Positions 15,370-23,777 of a stretch of 25,021 nt of DNA are shown here, one piece after another; positions within the stretch are counted from its first letter, which is position 1, and the number at the start of each line of letters is the position of its first letter. The DNA is from Patescibacteria group bacterium. Lineage in GTDB: Bacteria > Patescibacteriota > Patescibacteriia > Magasanikbacterales > UBA922. Both the position numbers and the translations under genes were made by a program. The stretch covers positions 1 to 25,021 of the forward strand of contig JBBTQT010000136.1 in NCBI GenBank assembly GCA_038065575.1. The letters run 5' to 3'. The notes beneath the pieces are model-generated. The model ran no database searches and was not told the DNA's origin. It saw only the letters and a list, made by a program, of their open reading frames with translations.

Positions 15370-16760
15370 AAATAACGGTTAATGGCAACGAAAGCGGGAT
15401 CGTTCAAAAATTGTTCTCTTTGCCACTGATCCCTTTCGCCCATAAAAATATATATTTCCTTTTCTTGATATTTCTGAAAAAGATTTTTCCTGACGTCGGA
15501 ATCGTTTGAGTACCAAAATCGCATCCATTCCTCCCTATTCCAACGGTTCGCTTCAAACATACCCGGAGCGATCACTTCGTGATTGCTAAAACCATACAGC
15601 CAAGGCGCGTAATAAGAAGACAGCGCCATGAGAGGTTTATTATTCGGCAAAACTTGCGTCTCTACTATGGCCGTAAATTCCGCCGCGGTCAGAAGCGGCC
15701 GGAAACCCGCAAGTTGATGCAGGCTCCTCCCGATTGATATGGCCACCGCTACCGCTAACATTATCTTCCAGATCGGCCTATGACCGAATTTATCAATCTC
15801 GCCACCGAGCCAACCGCAGGCAATGATAATCAAGACTATGTCCAAATAAACAAAATAACGGCGATACAAAACAAATCCACCGACGATCAACAAACTGTAA
15901 ATAAAGGCGAGGATGGAAATCAGAGGAACGCGCCGCCAGACAAAAAACACGCCGGCAACGGCAAAAGGAAAATACAACAGACCGGATCTCCAAAAATAAC
16001 TGAAATCAATGAACTGGCCGGTAAATTCGTTGGTTTCGGAAAATAGATAATTGCCAAATACCGGCACCGCGCCCTTCACAATGGTCAAATAATCAAGATA
16101 GCCCCGCCACTCCGGCCAATTCAAGCCGGCCACGGCCACCGCGGAAACGGCCAAGCTGATAATCAAAAACTTCCGGTCTTCTTTTCTGATGACACCATAC
16201 ACACTCAAACCCAAAAAAAACGGAATGAAAGATGGGGGGTGGATAGATCCGATCACGATCGCCGGCAGAATAATCAAATACGAACGAAACTCAAACAAGT
16301 AAAGCGCGAGCATCGTAAAAAAGACCGCCAGCAGATTGCGATAATAGTACCATTGATAAAATTCAAACTGTACGAGCGAAGTGGCCATGGCGAGAACCGC
16401 CAAGATCGCGGCCGTCCGATTGAACCATTTTTTCATGAGCGCGTATAGAAACACGACGATGCCAAGACTTATCAATAAATACCAACCGATCAATATCTCA
16501 GGAAGACTCGTCCGAATAACCAAGAGCGCGTTGGAAAAACCGGAAAAAGCGAAAGAAGGGGCGGTTGGGTCTCCCAAACGATCAAAGAAACCGACAATAT
16601 GATGCCGATAAATACCAAAATCATACCCGAAACCCCGCTCGCCATATCGCCAAATGAGATAAAGACGGTTCGCGAGGTAATACCCGAAAATCAAAAAAAC
16701 GGCCACGGTCGGTCGGGTAATTTTGATTCCATTCCGCCTGACTATTTCCAAAAATCTCAT
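15351..16760 (-). CDS. Multi-pass membrane protein, probable GT-C-fold glycosyltransferase
   Basis: About 11-12 hydrophobic segments, an acidic residue in the first external loop (GFGYDFGIY), the SIHP motif and a soluble C-terminal domain. Confidence 0.6.
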   Translation of the reverse strand: MRFLEIVRRNGIKITRPTVAVFLIFGYYLANRLYLIWRYGERGFGYDFGIYRHHIVGFFDRLGDPTAPSFAFSGFSNALLVIRTSLPEILIGWYLLISLGIVVFLYALMKKWFNRTAAILAVLAMATSLVQFEFYQWYYYRNLLAVFFTMLALYLFEFRSYLIILPAIVIGSIHPPSFIPFFLGLSVYGVIRKEDRKFLIISLAVSAVAVAGLNWPEWRGYLDYLTIVKGAVPVFGNYLFSETNEFTGQFIDFSYFWRSGLLYFPFAVAGVFFVWRRVPLISILAFIYSLLIVGGFVLYRRYFVYLDIVLIIIACGWLGGEIDKFGHRPIWKIMLAVAVAISIGRSLHQLAGFRPLLTAAEFTAIVETQVLPNNKPLMALSSYYAPWLYGFSNHEVIAPGMFEANRWNREEWMRFWYSNDSDVRKNLFQKYQEKEIYIFMGERDQWQREQFLNDPAFVAINRYLWIYQL

Positions 16761-16804
16761 AAAGTGACGATCCGGCGTTGATAAGTCCCTAAATCCGTAA
16801 ATTA

Positions 16805-17188
16805 CTACGCATTGAGAGGCAAAATGAATTTAGATATATTAACAGTGTTCGCGCCAATAACACAAACGCTGATATGTTCAAACAAAATGGAAACGGTTTG
16901 AACATCAATGTTGTTCTTTCGGCAATAAACCGCGGCGGAGTATTTCAGACGATTTATTTTCGTCCGGTTGGTTGCCCGTTCGGCACTACCGTCCGATTGT
17001 TTTCTGGTCTTTACCTCCACGAAGGAAATTACTTTTGAATTATTTTTTTCATAAAAAAAGGCGACAATATCAATCTCGCCATGGCGGGTAAAAAAATTTC
17101 TTTCCAGCACTCGGTAACCAATTCTCATTAGAAAAAGCGCGGCTTGTTCCTCGCCCCATTTGCCGATGGCGGTTTTGGTTTTAATCAT
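16805..17188 (-). CDS. YraN / UPF0102 family protein
   Basis: IGKWGEEQAA, LERNF, GEIDIVA, FVEVKTR. Start set at MIKTK. Confidence 0.9.
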   Translation of the reverse strand: MIKTKTAIGKWGEEQAALFLMRIGYRVLERNFFTRHGEIDIVAFFYEKNNSKVISFVEVKTRKQSDGSAERATNRTKINRLKYSAAVYCRKNNIDVQTVSILFEHISVCVIGANTVNISKFILPLNA

Positions 17189-17735
17189 TTTTATACAGCA
17201 CCAGACAGCGATGATAGGGACTGACGGCGGCGTCTTCTTGAACACCGAAACCGTTGTCCCGCGCCCAGGCGATAATTCGAGAAAAATTTACCATCTTGTC
17301 TTCGGTCGGCCCGAGGTTGGAAAGCCTCTTCATCCAGTCCACCGCCACGATTCTTGATTTGTTCCGCAAAAGTCGCGCCGCCTCATGGAGCGGATCGCAA
17401 CAATCCGCGGCATGGAACAATACATTGACCATAAACACCGCGTCCAGACTGCCCGCGGGGATGGAAACGCCACCGCTTTTTTCAAAATCAGCCCACACCG
17501 TATGGATATTTTCCCGCCCTTCCATATTGGCTCTTTTTTTGATTGATTCCAAAACGTCTTTCAACACATCCACCGCGTACACTATTCCGGTCTCGCCCAC
17601 AATCGCGCCGGCGGGGAACACAATATGCCCGGTGCGCCCCGCGCCGAAATCCGCGACCTGCATCCCCGACCGCAATCGCGCTTTCTCAAAAAGCAGATAA
17701 GGATCGACTAAATTGTTGCCGGTGTGGTAGGACAT
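17181..17735 (-). CDS. Class I SAM-dependent methyltransferase
   Basis: VADFGAGRTG motif I, VYAVD, and IVAVDW near the C-terminus. Start set at MSYHTG. Confidence 0.8.
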   Translation of the reverse strand: MSYHTGNNLVDPYLLFEKARLRSGMQVADFGAGRTGHIVFPAGAIVGETGIVYAVDVLKDVLESIKKRANMEGRENIHTVWADFEKSGGVSIPAGSLDAVFMVNVLFHAADCCDPLHEAARLLRNKSRIVAVDWMKRLSNLGPTEDKMVNFSRIIAWARDNGFGVQEDAAVSPYHRCLVLYKND

Positions 17736-17745
17736 GCTTGTGATC

Positions 17746-17877
17746 AATTACGAATTACAAATTACGAATTACGAATTTCAGATGGACGCCGGTAGACCTA
17801 TAGCCGAAACGGCTAGGATTATGCCTATATTTGGACAACGGACGCAATTCGTAATTCGTAATTTTTAATTCGTAATT
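17746..17877. repeat. Heptamer-armed inverted-repeat element (AATTACG family) with a 68-nt interior
   Basis: Left arm AATTACGAATTACAAATTACGAATTACGAATT. Right arm (17846-17877) is identical to 7636-7667. Internal hairpin TAGCCG-AAA-CGGCTA. Confidence 0.9.
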
Positions 17878-17880
17878 ACA

Positions 17881-18126
17881 TTACGCGCCGATGCCAAACA
17901 ATTTTCCAAAGATGCCCAATACGAATGGTCCCAGCATGCCGGTCATGGTTAGGAGCGACCCGACAATGAAAATAATCCCCATGATTTTGTACATCAGCCG
18001 CGTTCCGCCGCCGCCGAGTTTGGCCTCGGCCCAAGCGCTATGGCCGAAATTCTCCACAAACCACTGGGTTTTGATCACCATGGCCGCGCCGAGAGCGATC
18101 GCGAGTATCCCCAAAATATATTTCAT
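17881..18126 (-). CDS. Small hypothetical membrane protein (81 aa)
   Basis: Two or three hydrophobic segments around a WAEAKLGGGGTRLMYK loop. Confidence 0.75.
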   Translation of the reverse strand: MKYILGILAIALGAAMVIKTQWFVENFGHSAWAEAKLGGGGTRLMYKIMGIIFIVGSLLTMTGMLGPFVLGIFGKLFGIGA

Positions 18127-18234
18127 ACACGAAGTGAGTGAAAGAATAAGTAAATTTATTTACATATTCTTTAGCGAATGAGTATATATCATTAGACCCA
18201 TTGATTATATTTTATCGCGTTTGAGGAAATAATG

Positions 18235-19203
18235 CTATTTTCCCATCATTTTTTTGAACTCTTCCACCATCGGCACTTGCTCCGAATCCAGCCCATAATT
18301 TTCGGCGGTATAAACCGACACCCAGTCCGCCAAGAGAAGCGAGGAAAAAACTTTTTCCAATGGTGACTGACCCGCGAGGGTTTCCACAAAAACGGGCAAC
18401 CGCCGCTCGCTATACAATTTTTCCAAAATATCCATCCTTTTTTGAATACGAGGATGATCGGTTTTGTCTTTCAAAATAATAAAATAAAAACGCTCGGACA
18501 ATGCGCGTGTGGCCGGCACGATGTCAAAACCGTTCATTTCGTTGTGATTCATTTCCGGCAATAAATTATAAAAAGCGGGAATCTTGCCGGTTTCATTCAA
18601 TTTTATTTTCCAATTCCAAGCAATCGTAAAATTCCGGCGGGAAGCGTAAATCACCGGCACGAAACCGTTCAACTTTTTTGCGAGCGTCTTGCCGATCAGT
18701 TCAAAATCCGCCGGCCGAATTTTCTTCGCGAGTTTGGCGCACTCCCGCAATCCGCCCTCATCATCAAGAATAGCAAGCAGCGCGCGAAACGAAAAACCGA
18801 GAGCGGAGCGTGGCTGAATGCCGGTATTCGGAATCTGAACATAGGGCAATTGATTTTTTTGGGCGTAAGCGATGAGCGCCCCTCCGACCGCGATCACCGC
18901 CGCCGGCAACTTTCGTTTCATCGCCAGTTTCAGGCCGTCAATCACTTCCTCGGTATTGCCGGAATAAGAACAAGCAATAATGAGCGGTCTTTTTTCGGCC
19001 GCGCTCCCCGCCGGCAAGCCGTAATCCGAATGAACCCGAAGCGATAATTCCGGCTTCCACAAAAGCGCCAGATCCGCCGGCAGATGCGACCCACCCATGC
19101 CGAGCAATATATAACTGTCGTATTTTTTTAATTTCTTGGCGTTCTCCACCGTCGGCCGATAATCCAATTGTTTGGAAAAATTCAGAATCGCCGCGCTCAT
19201 CAT
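18235..19203 (-). CDS. Bifunctional phosphoglucose/phosphomannose isomerase (SIS-domain PGI/PMI)
   Basis: LGMGGS, SYSGNTEE, QPR, WKIKLNETGKIPAF and PEMNHNE. Confidence 0.9.
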   Translation of the reverse strand: MMSAAILNFSKQLDYRPTVENAKKLKKYDSYILLGMGGSHLPADLALLWKPELSLRVHSDYGLPAGSAAEKRPLIIACSYSGNTEEVIDGLKLAMKRKLPAAVIAVGGALIAYAQKNQLPYVQIPNTGIQPRSALGFSFRALLAILDDEGGLRECAKLAKKIRPADFELIGKTLAKKLNGFVPVIYASRRNFTIAWNWKIKLNETGKIPAFYNLLPEMNHNEMNGFDIVPATRALSERFYFIILKDKTDHPRIQKRMDILEKLYSERRLPVFVETLAGQSPLEKVFSSLLLADWVSVYTAENYGLDSEQVPMVEEFKKMMGK

Positions 19204-19213
19204 ACTGATTTGA

Positions 19214-20536
19214 TTAATGAATAATTTTATACACCACTCCGGCTTTGTCGTCGCTTACATACAATTCCCCGCTTCGTCCGAATAACAATCCCGCCGGCCG
19301 ACCAATGGCGGTTTTACCATCATCCGCGAGCCAACCGGTGATGAGATCCTCCGAACCGGTATAATTCCCCTGTTCGTCAAAAATCAAACGCGCCACCTTG
19401 TATCCGGTCGGCGCTGATCGATTCCATGATCCGTGATAAGCGACCAATAAATCATTTTCGTATTCTCCTCCCCAGGAGTCCGGAACGAACGCCAAACCGA
19501 GTGGCGCGGAATGAGCCGGTAAATCAATCTGGCTCGGAATTTCAAACGGCGCGAGACATGGATTCCTTATATAAGTATTTTTGTCAAAAACCGTGTCATG
19601 AATATTTTTGCCATAACAAATCGGCCAACCGTAATTTTGGTTTTCTCGGATAATGTTTATTTCATCCGGCGGGAGGTCGTCGCCGAGTTTATCCTGACCC
19701 ATTTCCGTCGCCCACAATTCTTCGGTTTCGGGATTCAGCGCCATAAAAACGGAATTGCGCAAACCTTTGGCGTAAATCTTCGGTTCTCCCACGACCATAT
19801 TCGCCGCTTTCGGCCCGCGCGAAAAATCAATATCCGCCTTCATAATTACCGCCCGTTTGACGTCTGATTCGTGGCAAACATCACAGGCTGAACCGATGGA
19901 AATGAATAATTGACCGGTAGTTCCGGGCGATTCTTCATAATCAAAACGCATCGGTTTGAAAAGTATTGTTCTCGTGATATGCCGGCCGCCACCGGGCAAT
20001 TCCACCAAGAGTTCGGCTTCACCGGCCAAAGCAAACGGCTCGTTTTTATCGGAATCAGCCGCGATAAAATTATTCCATTCCTCCTTTTCATAAGTAAATT
20101 TGCTTACCCGATTTTCTTCCGCCACCAATAAAGCGCACCATTCTTTAACGCCGGCGCCGTCACCCTGCGGAACATTATAGCAATGACTTACAAGACCATG
20201 CGGACTATTCAAGCCCCGAATCATCGTCACTATTTTTGACGGATTTTCTCCTTGATTGATTATCGCCATAATTTTTCCTTCGCTGGGAACGCTTACCAGC
20301 AAATTCCCGAGCGGATCCGCTTCCAATACTCTCGGCGTTCCCAAATCCTTGGCGTAAACGGAAATGGAAAAACCCTCCGGCACATTAAATGGCAATGACG
20401 ATGTTGCCCGAATGGCCTTAATCGACGCCGGTAAAAAAGCCGGAGCGGCGCCGCGAAAATTCTTCCAAAAATAAAATCCGCCGACGCCGATACCGGCCAA
20501 AATGATGGTCAAAAAAAGACCGACTTTGCTTTTCAC
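19214..20536 (-). CDS. Glucose/sorbosone dehydrogenase (PQQ-dependent sugar dehydrogenase) family beta-propeller with an N-terminal anchor
   Basis: GLRNSV, PPDEIN, NYGWP, AHSAPLG, HGSWNR, GRPAG, VSDD. GTG start. Confidence 0.85.
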   Translation of the reverse strand: MKSKVGLFLTIILAGIGVGGFYFWKNFRGAAPAFLPASIKAIRATSSLPFNVPEGFSISVYAKDLGTPRVLEADPLGNLLVSVPSEGKIMAIINQGENPSKIVTMIRGLNSPHGLVSHCYNVPQGDGAGVKEWCALLVAEENRVSKFTYEKEEWNNFIAADSDKNEPFALAGEAELLVELPGGGRHITRTILFKPMRFDYEESPGTTGQLFISIGSACDVCHESDVKRAVIMKADIDFSRGPKAANMVVGEPKIYAKGLRNSVFMALNPETEELWATEMGQDKLGDDLPPDEINIIRENQNYGWPICYGKNIHDTVFDKNTYIRNPCLAPFEIPSQIDLPAHSAPLGLAFVPDSWGGEYENDLLVAYHGSWNRSAPTGYKVARLIFDEQGNYTGSEDLITGWLADDGKTAIGRPAGLLFGRSGELYVSDDKAGVVYKIIH

Positions 20537-20541
20537 ATTTT

Positions 20542-21525
20542 TTATTTAATCCCGATTATTTTCCTCACCTGTTCCATGGTAATGCCCGCCACCCGCCGCG
20601 CCCGCCGCGCCCCGTCTTCCAGAATCGCTTTGATTTTCTCCGGTTCGGCGAGTAATGTTTTTCTTTTTTCCCGAAAATCCGAGAAATAATCCGCCACGGC
20701 CACGGCCGTCGCTTTTTTCAGCTCGCCGTATTTGATCGTCTGATTTTTTTCCGCGTCGACAAATCGGGCGTATTCCTCTTCCTCGCCAAAATTTTTTAAG
20801 ATAGCCAATAAATTTTCCACTCCGGGAGCGCCGACACCGCCTTCGGTGGCGGTTACCGCTTTCCTCAATTTATTCTCAATTTCTTCCGGTTCGTCCGCGA
20901 GTTCAATCACATGTCCCGCCCCAAGGCTTTTGCTCATTTTTTTGTCGGGCGCGAGCAGGCTCATAATTTTCGGCGTTTCGGTCAGGAGATGTTTCGTTTC
21001 CGAAAAAAACGCGCCGTATTTTTTGTTGAACCAACGGGCGATAGCGCGCGTTAATTCCACATGCTGAATTTGATCAGCCCCCACCGGCACCAAATCGCCT
21101 TTGTACAACAAAATATCCGCCGCTTGAAGGATGGGGTAAGTAAGCAGTCCGGCATTGATATTCTTTTCCTGCTTCTCCGACTTATCCTTGAATTGCGTCA
21201 TGCGATACAGTTCGGACACCGGCGTCAGACAGTTGAAAATCCAACTCAGCTCGACATGCTCCGGCACGTCCGACTGCGTAAAAAAAGTTATTTTTTCCGG
21301 ATCAAGGCCGGCGGCCAACAGTTCGGCCGCGACAATTATTTTTTGTTCGGAAAGCGCCGAAGGTTTGGTATTCCCGGCGAGCGCGTGCCAATCGGCGATG
21401 GCAAAATACACTTCGTATTTTCCGGAATCCTGCAATTTCACCCAGTTGGCCACCGCCCCCAGATAATTGCCAATATGCAGATTGCCGGAAGGTTGGATGG
21501 CGGAAAAAATTATCGGTTTGGACAT
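20542..21525 (-). CDS. trpS: Tryptophanyl-tRNA synthetase
   Basis: IQPSGNLHIGNYLGA (HIGH), YPILQAADIL, VPVGADQ and KMSKS. Confidence 0.97.
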   Translation of the reverse strand: MSKPIIFSAIQPSGNLHIGNYLGAVANWVKLQDSGKYEVYFAIADWHALAGNTKPSALSEQKIIVAAELLAAGLDPEKITFFTQSDVPEHVELSWIFNCLTPVSELYRMTQFKDKSEKQEKNINAGLLTYPILQAADILLYKGDLVPVGADQIQHVELTRAIARWFNKKYGAFFSETKHLLTETPKIMSLLAPDKKMSKSLGAGHVIELADEPEEIENKLRKAVTATEGGVGAPGVENLLAILKNFGEEEEYARFVDAEKNQTIKYGELKKATAVAVADYFSDFREKRKTLLAEPEKIKAILEDGARRARRVAGITMEQVRKIIGIK

Positions 21526-21593
21526 AGTTTCGAAGTTCATTGCGGTTATCTCGGTTAAAGCTAACACCAAAACCTTTCAACCGCTTCTGCTAA

Positions 21594-21622
21594 ATTTTAC
21601 CTCACCGCGCCGAAGAGCGCAA
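21594..21622 (-). promoter_or_regulatory. Possible trpS promoter
   Basis: TTGCGC (21622-21617) - N17 - TAAAAT (21599-21594). Confidence 0.45.
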
Positions 21623-21665
21623 GGGCGCGATTGTAATTTTAAAAGTAAAATACGCAACCGAAATC

Positions 21666-22937
21666 CTACACCAACAACCATTTATACACCGACATCACAA
21701 TTATTTTTTTACCGTCAACTTTTATTTCTTCATCCTCGTCATCCGTTAAAATGTACCCCACCGAAATTTTGAAATCAGCCATGGCGGTTTGCAGAGCCGC
21801 GATTTCCCGCGCTTTGGTATGTCTATTTTCCAAACTCCAACACACCTGCAATAATTCAAATTTTTTGGCATCCGGTCGCACGACAAAATCTATTTCTTGG
21901 CCTTTGGCGGAAAGATAGTAAGTCGGTTCATACCCGCGCCGCTTTAATTCCAAAAAAACTATATTTTCCAGAAATCGCCCCTTGTTTTCGGAAAAAGAAA
22001 ATCCCAGCGCCTTGGCGAGCGCGTTATCGATGCAATACGCTTTTTTAGGTGAAATAATTTGTTTGCGATAGGAAAAATTGAATTTATTGACCGTGAAAAA
22101 TAAAAAACTATTTTCCAAATACTGGATGTAGCTTTTGACCGTGTTAACACTGCCAAGCCGCAATGTTTCCTTGAGAGCGGTATACGAAAATGGCACGGCC
22201 AAATTACTGAACAAATACACGCACAATTCACGCAAGGCTCGCTCATCTTTCAATTCATACCGGGTTATTATATCCCGATAAATAATACTTTCATACACTT
22301 TTTTGAGGGCTTCATCCGAACCAAACCGCAGATATTCCGGCATCCCGCCAAGCGCGAAATACTCATTAAAATATTTTTTGAGTTCCGCCCGGATAGTGGT
22401 CTTCACCAAATCTTTTTTTAGGAACTCAAAATTTTTCCAGCGCAAAAATTCCGCGAACGAAAACGGGTACAAGGTGCAATCAACATACCGCCCGGTTAAC
22501 CTCGTCCCCAGCTCGCGACTGAGAAGCGAAGCGTTTGAACCGGTAATGAAAAATTTGAATCGGTTATCCTGAAAACGCCGGACAAAACGTTCCCAGCCCA
22601 CCACATTTTGAATTTCATCAAAAAAGAATATATTTCTCCGCCCGTACAGTTCAAGCAAAACTTCGTATAAATCATTAAACTGCTCGGCCCGAAAATGTAT
22701 CAGCCGTTCGTCCTCAAAGTTAAAATAATAATAGTCATCTTTAAGCAAAGACATCACTTGGCGCAATAGAGTAGACTTACCGCACCGACGAATTCCCGCC
22801 ACAATCACCGCCTGCGGCAAAGAAAAATATTTTTTTACCACTGTCAAGGCCGCGCGTTCCACTCCGCCGTCAACCGCCAATTGGGCGCGTTGTTCCACGG
22901 CTATTTCTTGCAGAGATTTTTTGTCTATTTTTGGCAT
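21666..22937 (-). CDS. AAA_14 + DUF4143 ATP-binding protein with a C-terminal nuclease-like motif
   Basis: GIRRCGKS Walker A, FFDEIQ Walker B, ITGSN, KKAYCIDN, FLENIV, EIDFV and QVC. Confidence 0.88.
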   Translation of the reverse strand: MPKIDKKSLQEIAVEQRAQLAVDGGVERAALTVVKKYFSLPQAVIVAGIRRCGKSTLLRQVMSLLKDDYYYFNFEDERLIHFRAEQFNDLYEVLLELYGRRNIFFFDEIQNVVGWERFVRRFQDNRFKFFITGSNASLLSRELGTRLTGRYVDCTLYPFSFAEFLRWKNFEFLKKDLVKTTIRAELKKYFNEYFALGGMPEYLRFGSDEALKKVYESIIYRDIITRYELKDERALRELCVYLFSNLAVPFSYTALKETLRLGSVNTVKSYIQYLENSFLFFTVNKFNFSYRKQIISPKKAYCIDNALAKALGFSFSENKGRFLENIVFLELKRRGYEPTYYLSAKGQEIDFVVRPDAKKFELLQVCWSLENRHTKAREIAALQTAMADFKISVGYILTDDEDEEIKVDGKKIIVMSVYKWLLV

Positions 22938-22944
22938 ACACACT

Positions 22945-23000
22945 AACGTTCATTAGTAATGACAGTATATACCGGATATCGTTCACTGTCAATGAACGAT
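22945..23000 (-). promoter_or_regulatory. Sigma70 promoter with two operator-like palindromes
   Basis: TTGACA (22992-22987) - N17 - TATACT (22969-22964). ATCGTTCA-N7-TGAACGAT (22978-23000) straddles the -35 box. The related AACGTTCA-N7-TGACAGTA lies at 22945-22967. Confidence 0.75.
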
Positions 23001-23010
23001 ACCTGGAAGA

Positions 23011-23033
23011 GAAAAACCTCGCGTAGCGAGGTT
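23011..23033 (-). terminator. Intrinsic terminator after the NUDIX-PspC gene
   Basis: 8-bp stem (plus strand AACCTCGC-GTA-GCGAGGTT) running into TTTTTCTC on the minus strand. Confidence 0.8.
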
Positions 23034-23042
23034 CATTTCTTG

Positions 23043-23768
23043 CTATATTCCCGGATTCTCCGGAATGATGAACAGCGCAACGAAGTACAGCAATCCCAAA
23101 GGCAAAACGCCGGTTAAAATCAAGAAAAAAAGAAATACCAAGCGCACTAGCGTCGGATCAATTCCGGTAAATTCGCCAACGCCGCCGCAAATGCCGGCCA
23201 GCATTTTATTTTTCTTTGAACGATACAATTTTTTCATACTTTTCTCCAAAAAATAAACCAGTTTGGTATAGCCGGACAGGAACCAACTGTTATTTAACTC
23301 ATCGTTTTTTATCATCCGTTTGATTTCGGCCAGCGACAATTCCACGATTTCCATAATTTCCGAGGATTCTCTTTCGGCCTCGCCTTTCTTCAATTTCCGA
23401 GCAAGGTAAACCGGCGTCGTCTGGCTATTTGATCCCGGGTCTACTTTCAAAAATCCGAGAGCTGTCCATTCCCCGGCCGAATATCCGGTTTCCTGCCTTA
23501 ATTCCTTCTTGGCGGCCGTCAAACTGTCTTCGTTCTCTTCCACGCCACCGCAAGGAAAACAATAAGTCCAATCTCGAATCGGATAGCGCCACTCTTTCAC
23601 CAAAACCAGTTTGCCTTCGTCCGTCAGGGGAATAATCATGGGGCCGGAATCCACTCGATCCGTATAGGAATAAAATCGCTTCTCGCCGTTCGGCAATTCA
23701 ATCTCGTCTTCGCGCAAACGGATCCATTTATTCTCGTAGATGATTTTTTTGCTTAATGTTTTGAACAT
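23043..23768 (-). CDS. NUDIX hydrolase (ADP-ribose pyrophosphatase-like) fused in frame to a PspC domain
   Basis: Nudix box GGVEENEDSLTAAKKELRQETG. The C-terminal MKKLYRSKKNKMLAGICGGVGEFTGIDPTLVRL is PspC-like. Confidence 0.85.
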   Translation of the reverse strand: MFKTLSKKIIYENKWIRLREDEIELPNGEKRFYSYTDRVDSGPMIIPLTDEGKLVLVKEWRYPIRDWTYCFPCGGVEENEDSLTAAKKELRQETGYSAGEWTALGFLKVDPGSNSQTTPVYLARKLKKGEAERESSEIMEIVELSLAEIKRMIKNDELNNSWFLSGYTKLVYFLEKSMKKLYRSKKNKMLAGICGGVGEFTGIDPTLVRLVFLFFLILTGVLPLGLLYFVALFIIPENPGI

Positions 23769-23777
23769 AAAACGAGA

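Noticed and set aside
16787-16804. Possible third heptamer relic (TAAATCC GTAAATT)
   Set aside because: Two degenerate units only, which is not distinguishable from chance.
21526-21665. T-box riboswitch upstream of trpS
   Set aside because: A hairpin with TGG in its loop exists, but there is no UGGNACC antiterminator bulge and the leader is too short if the predicted promoter is right.
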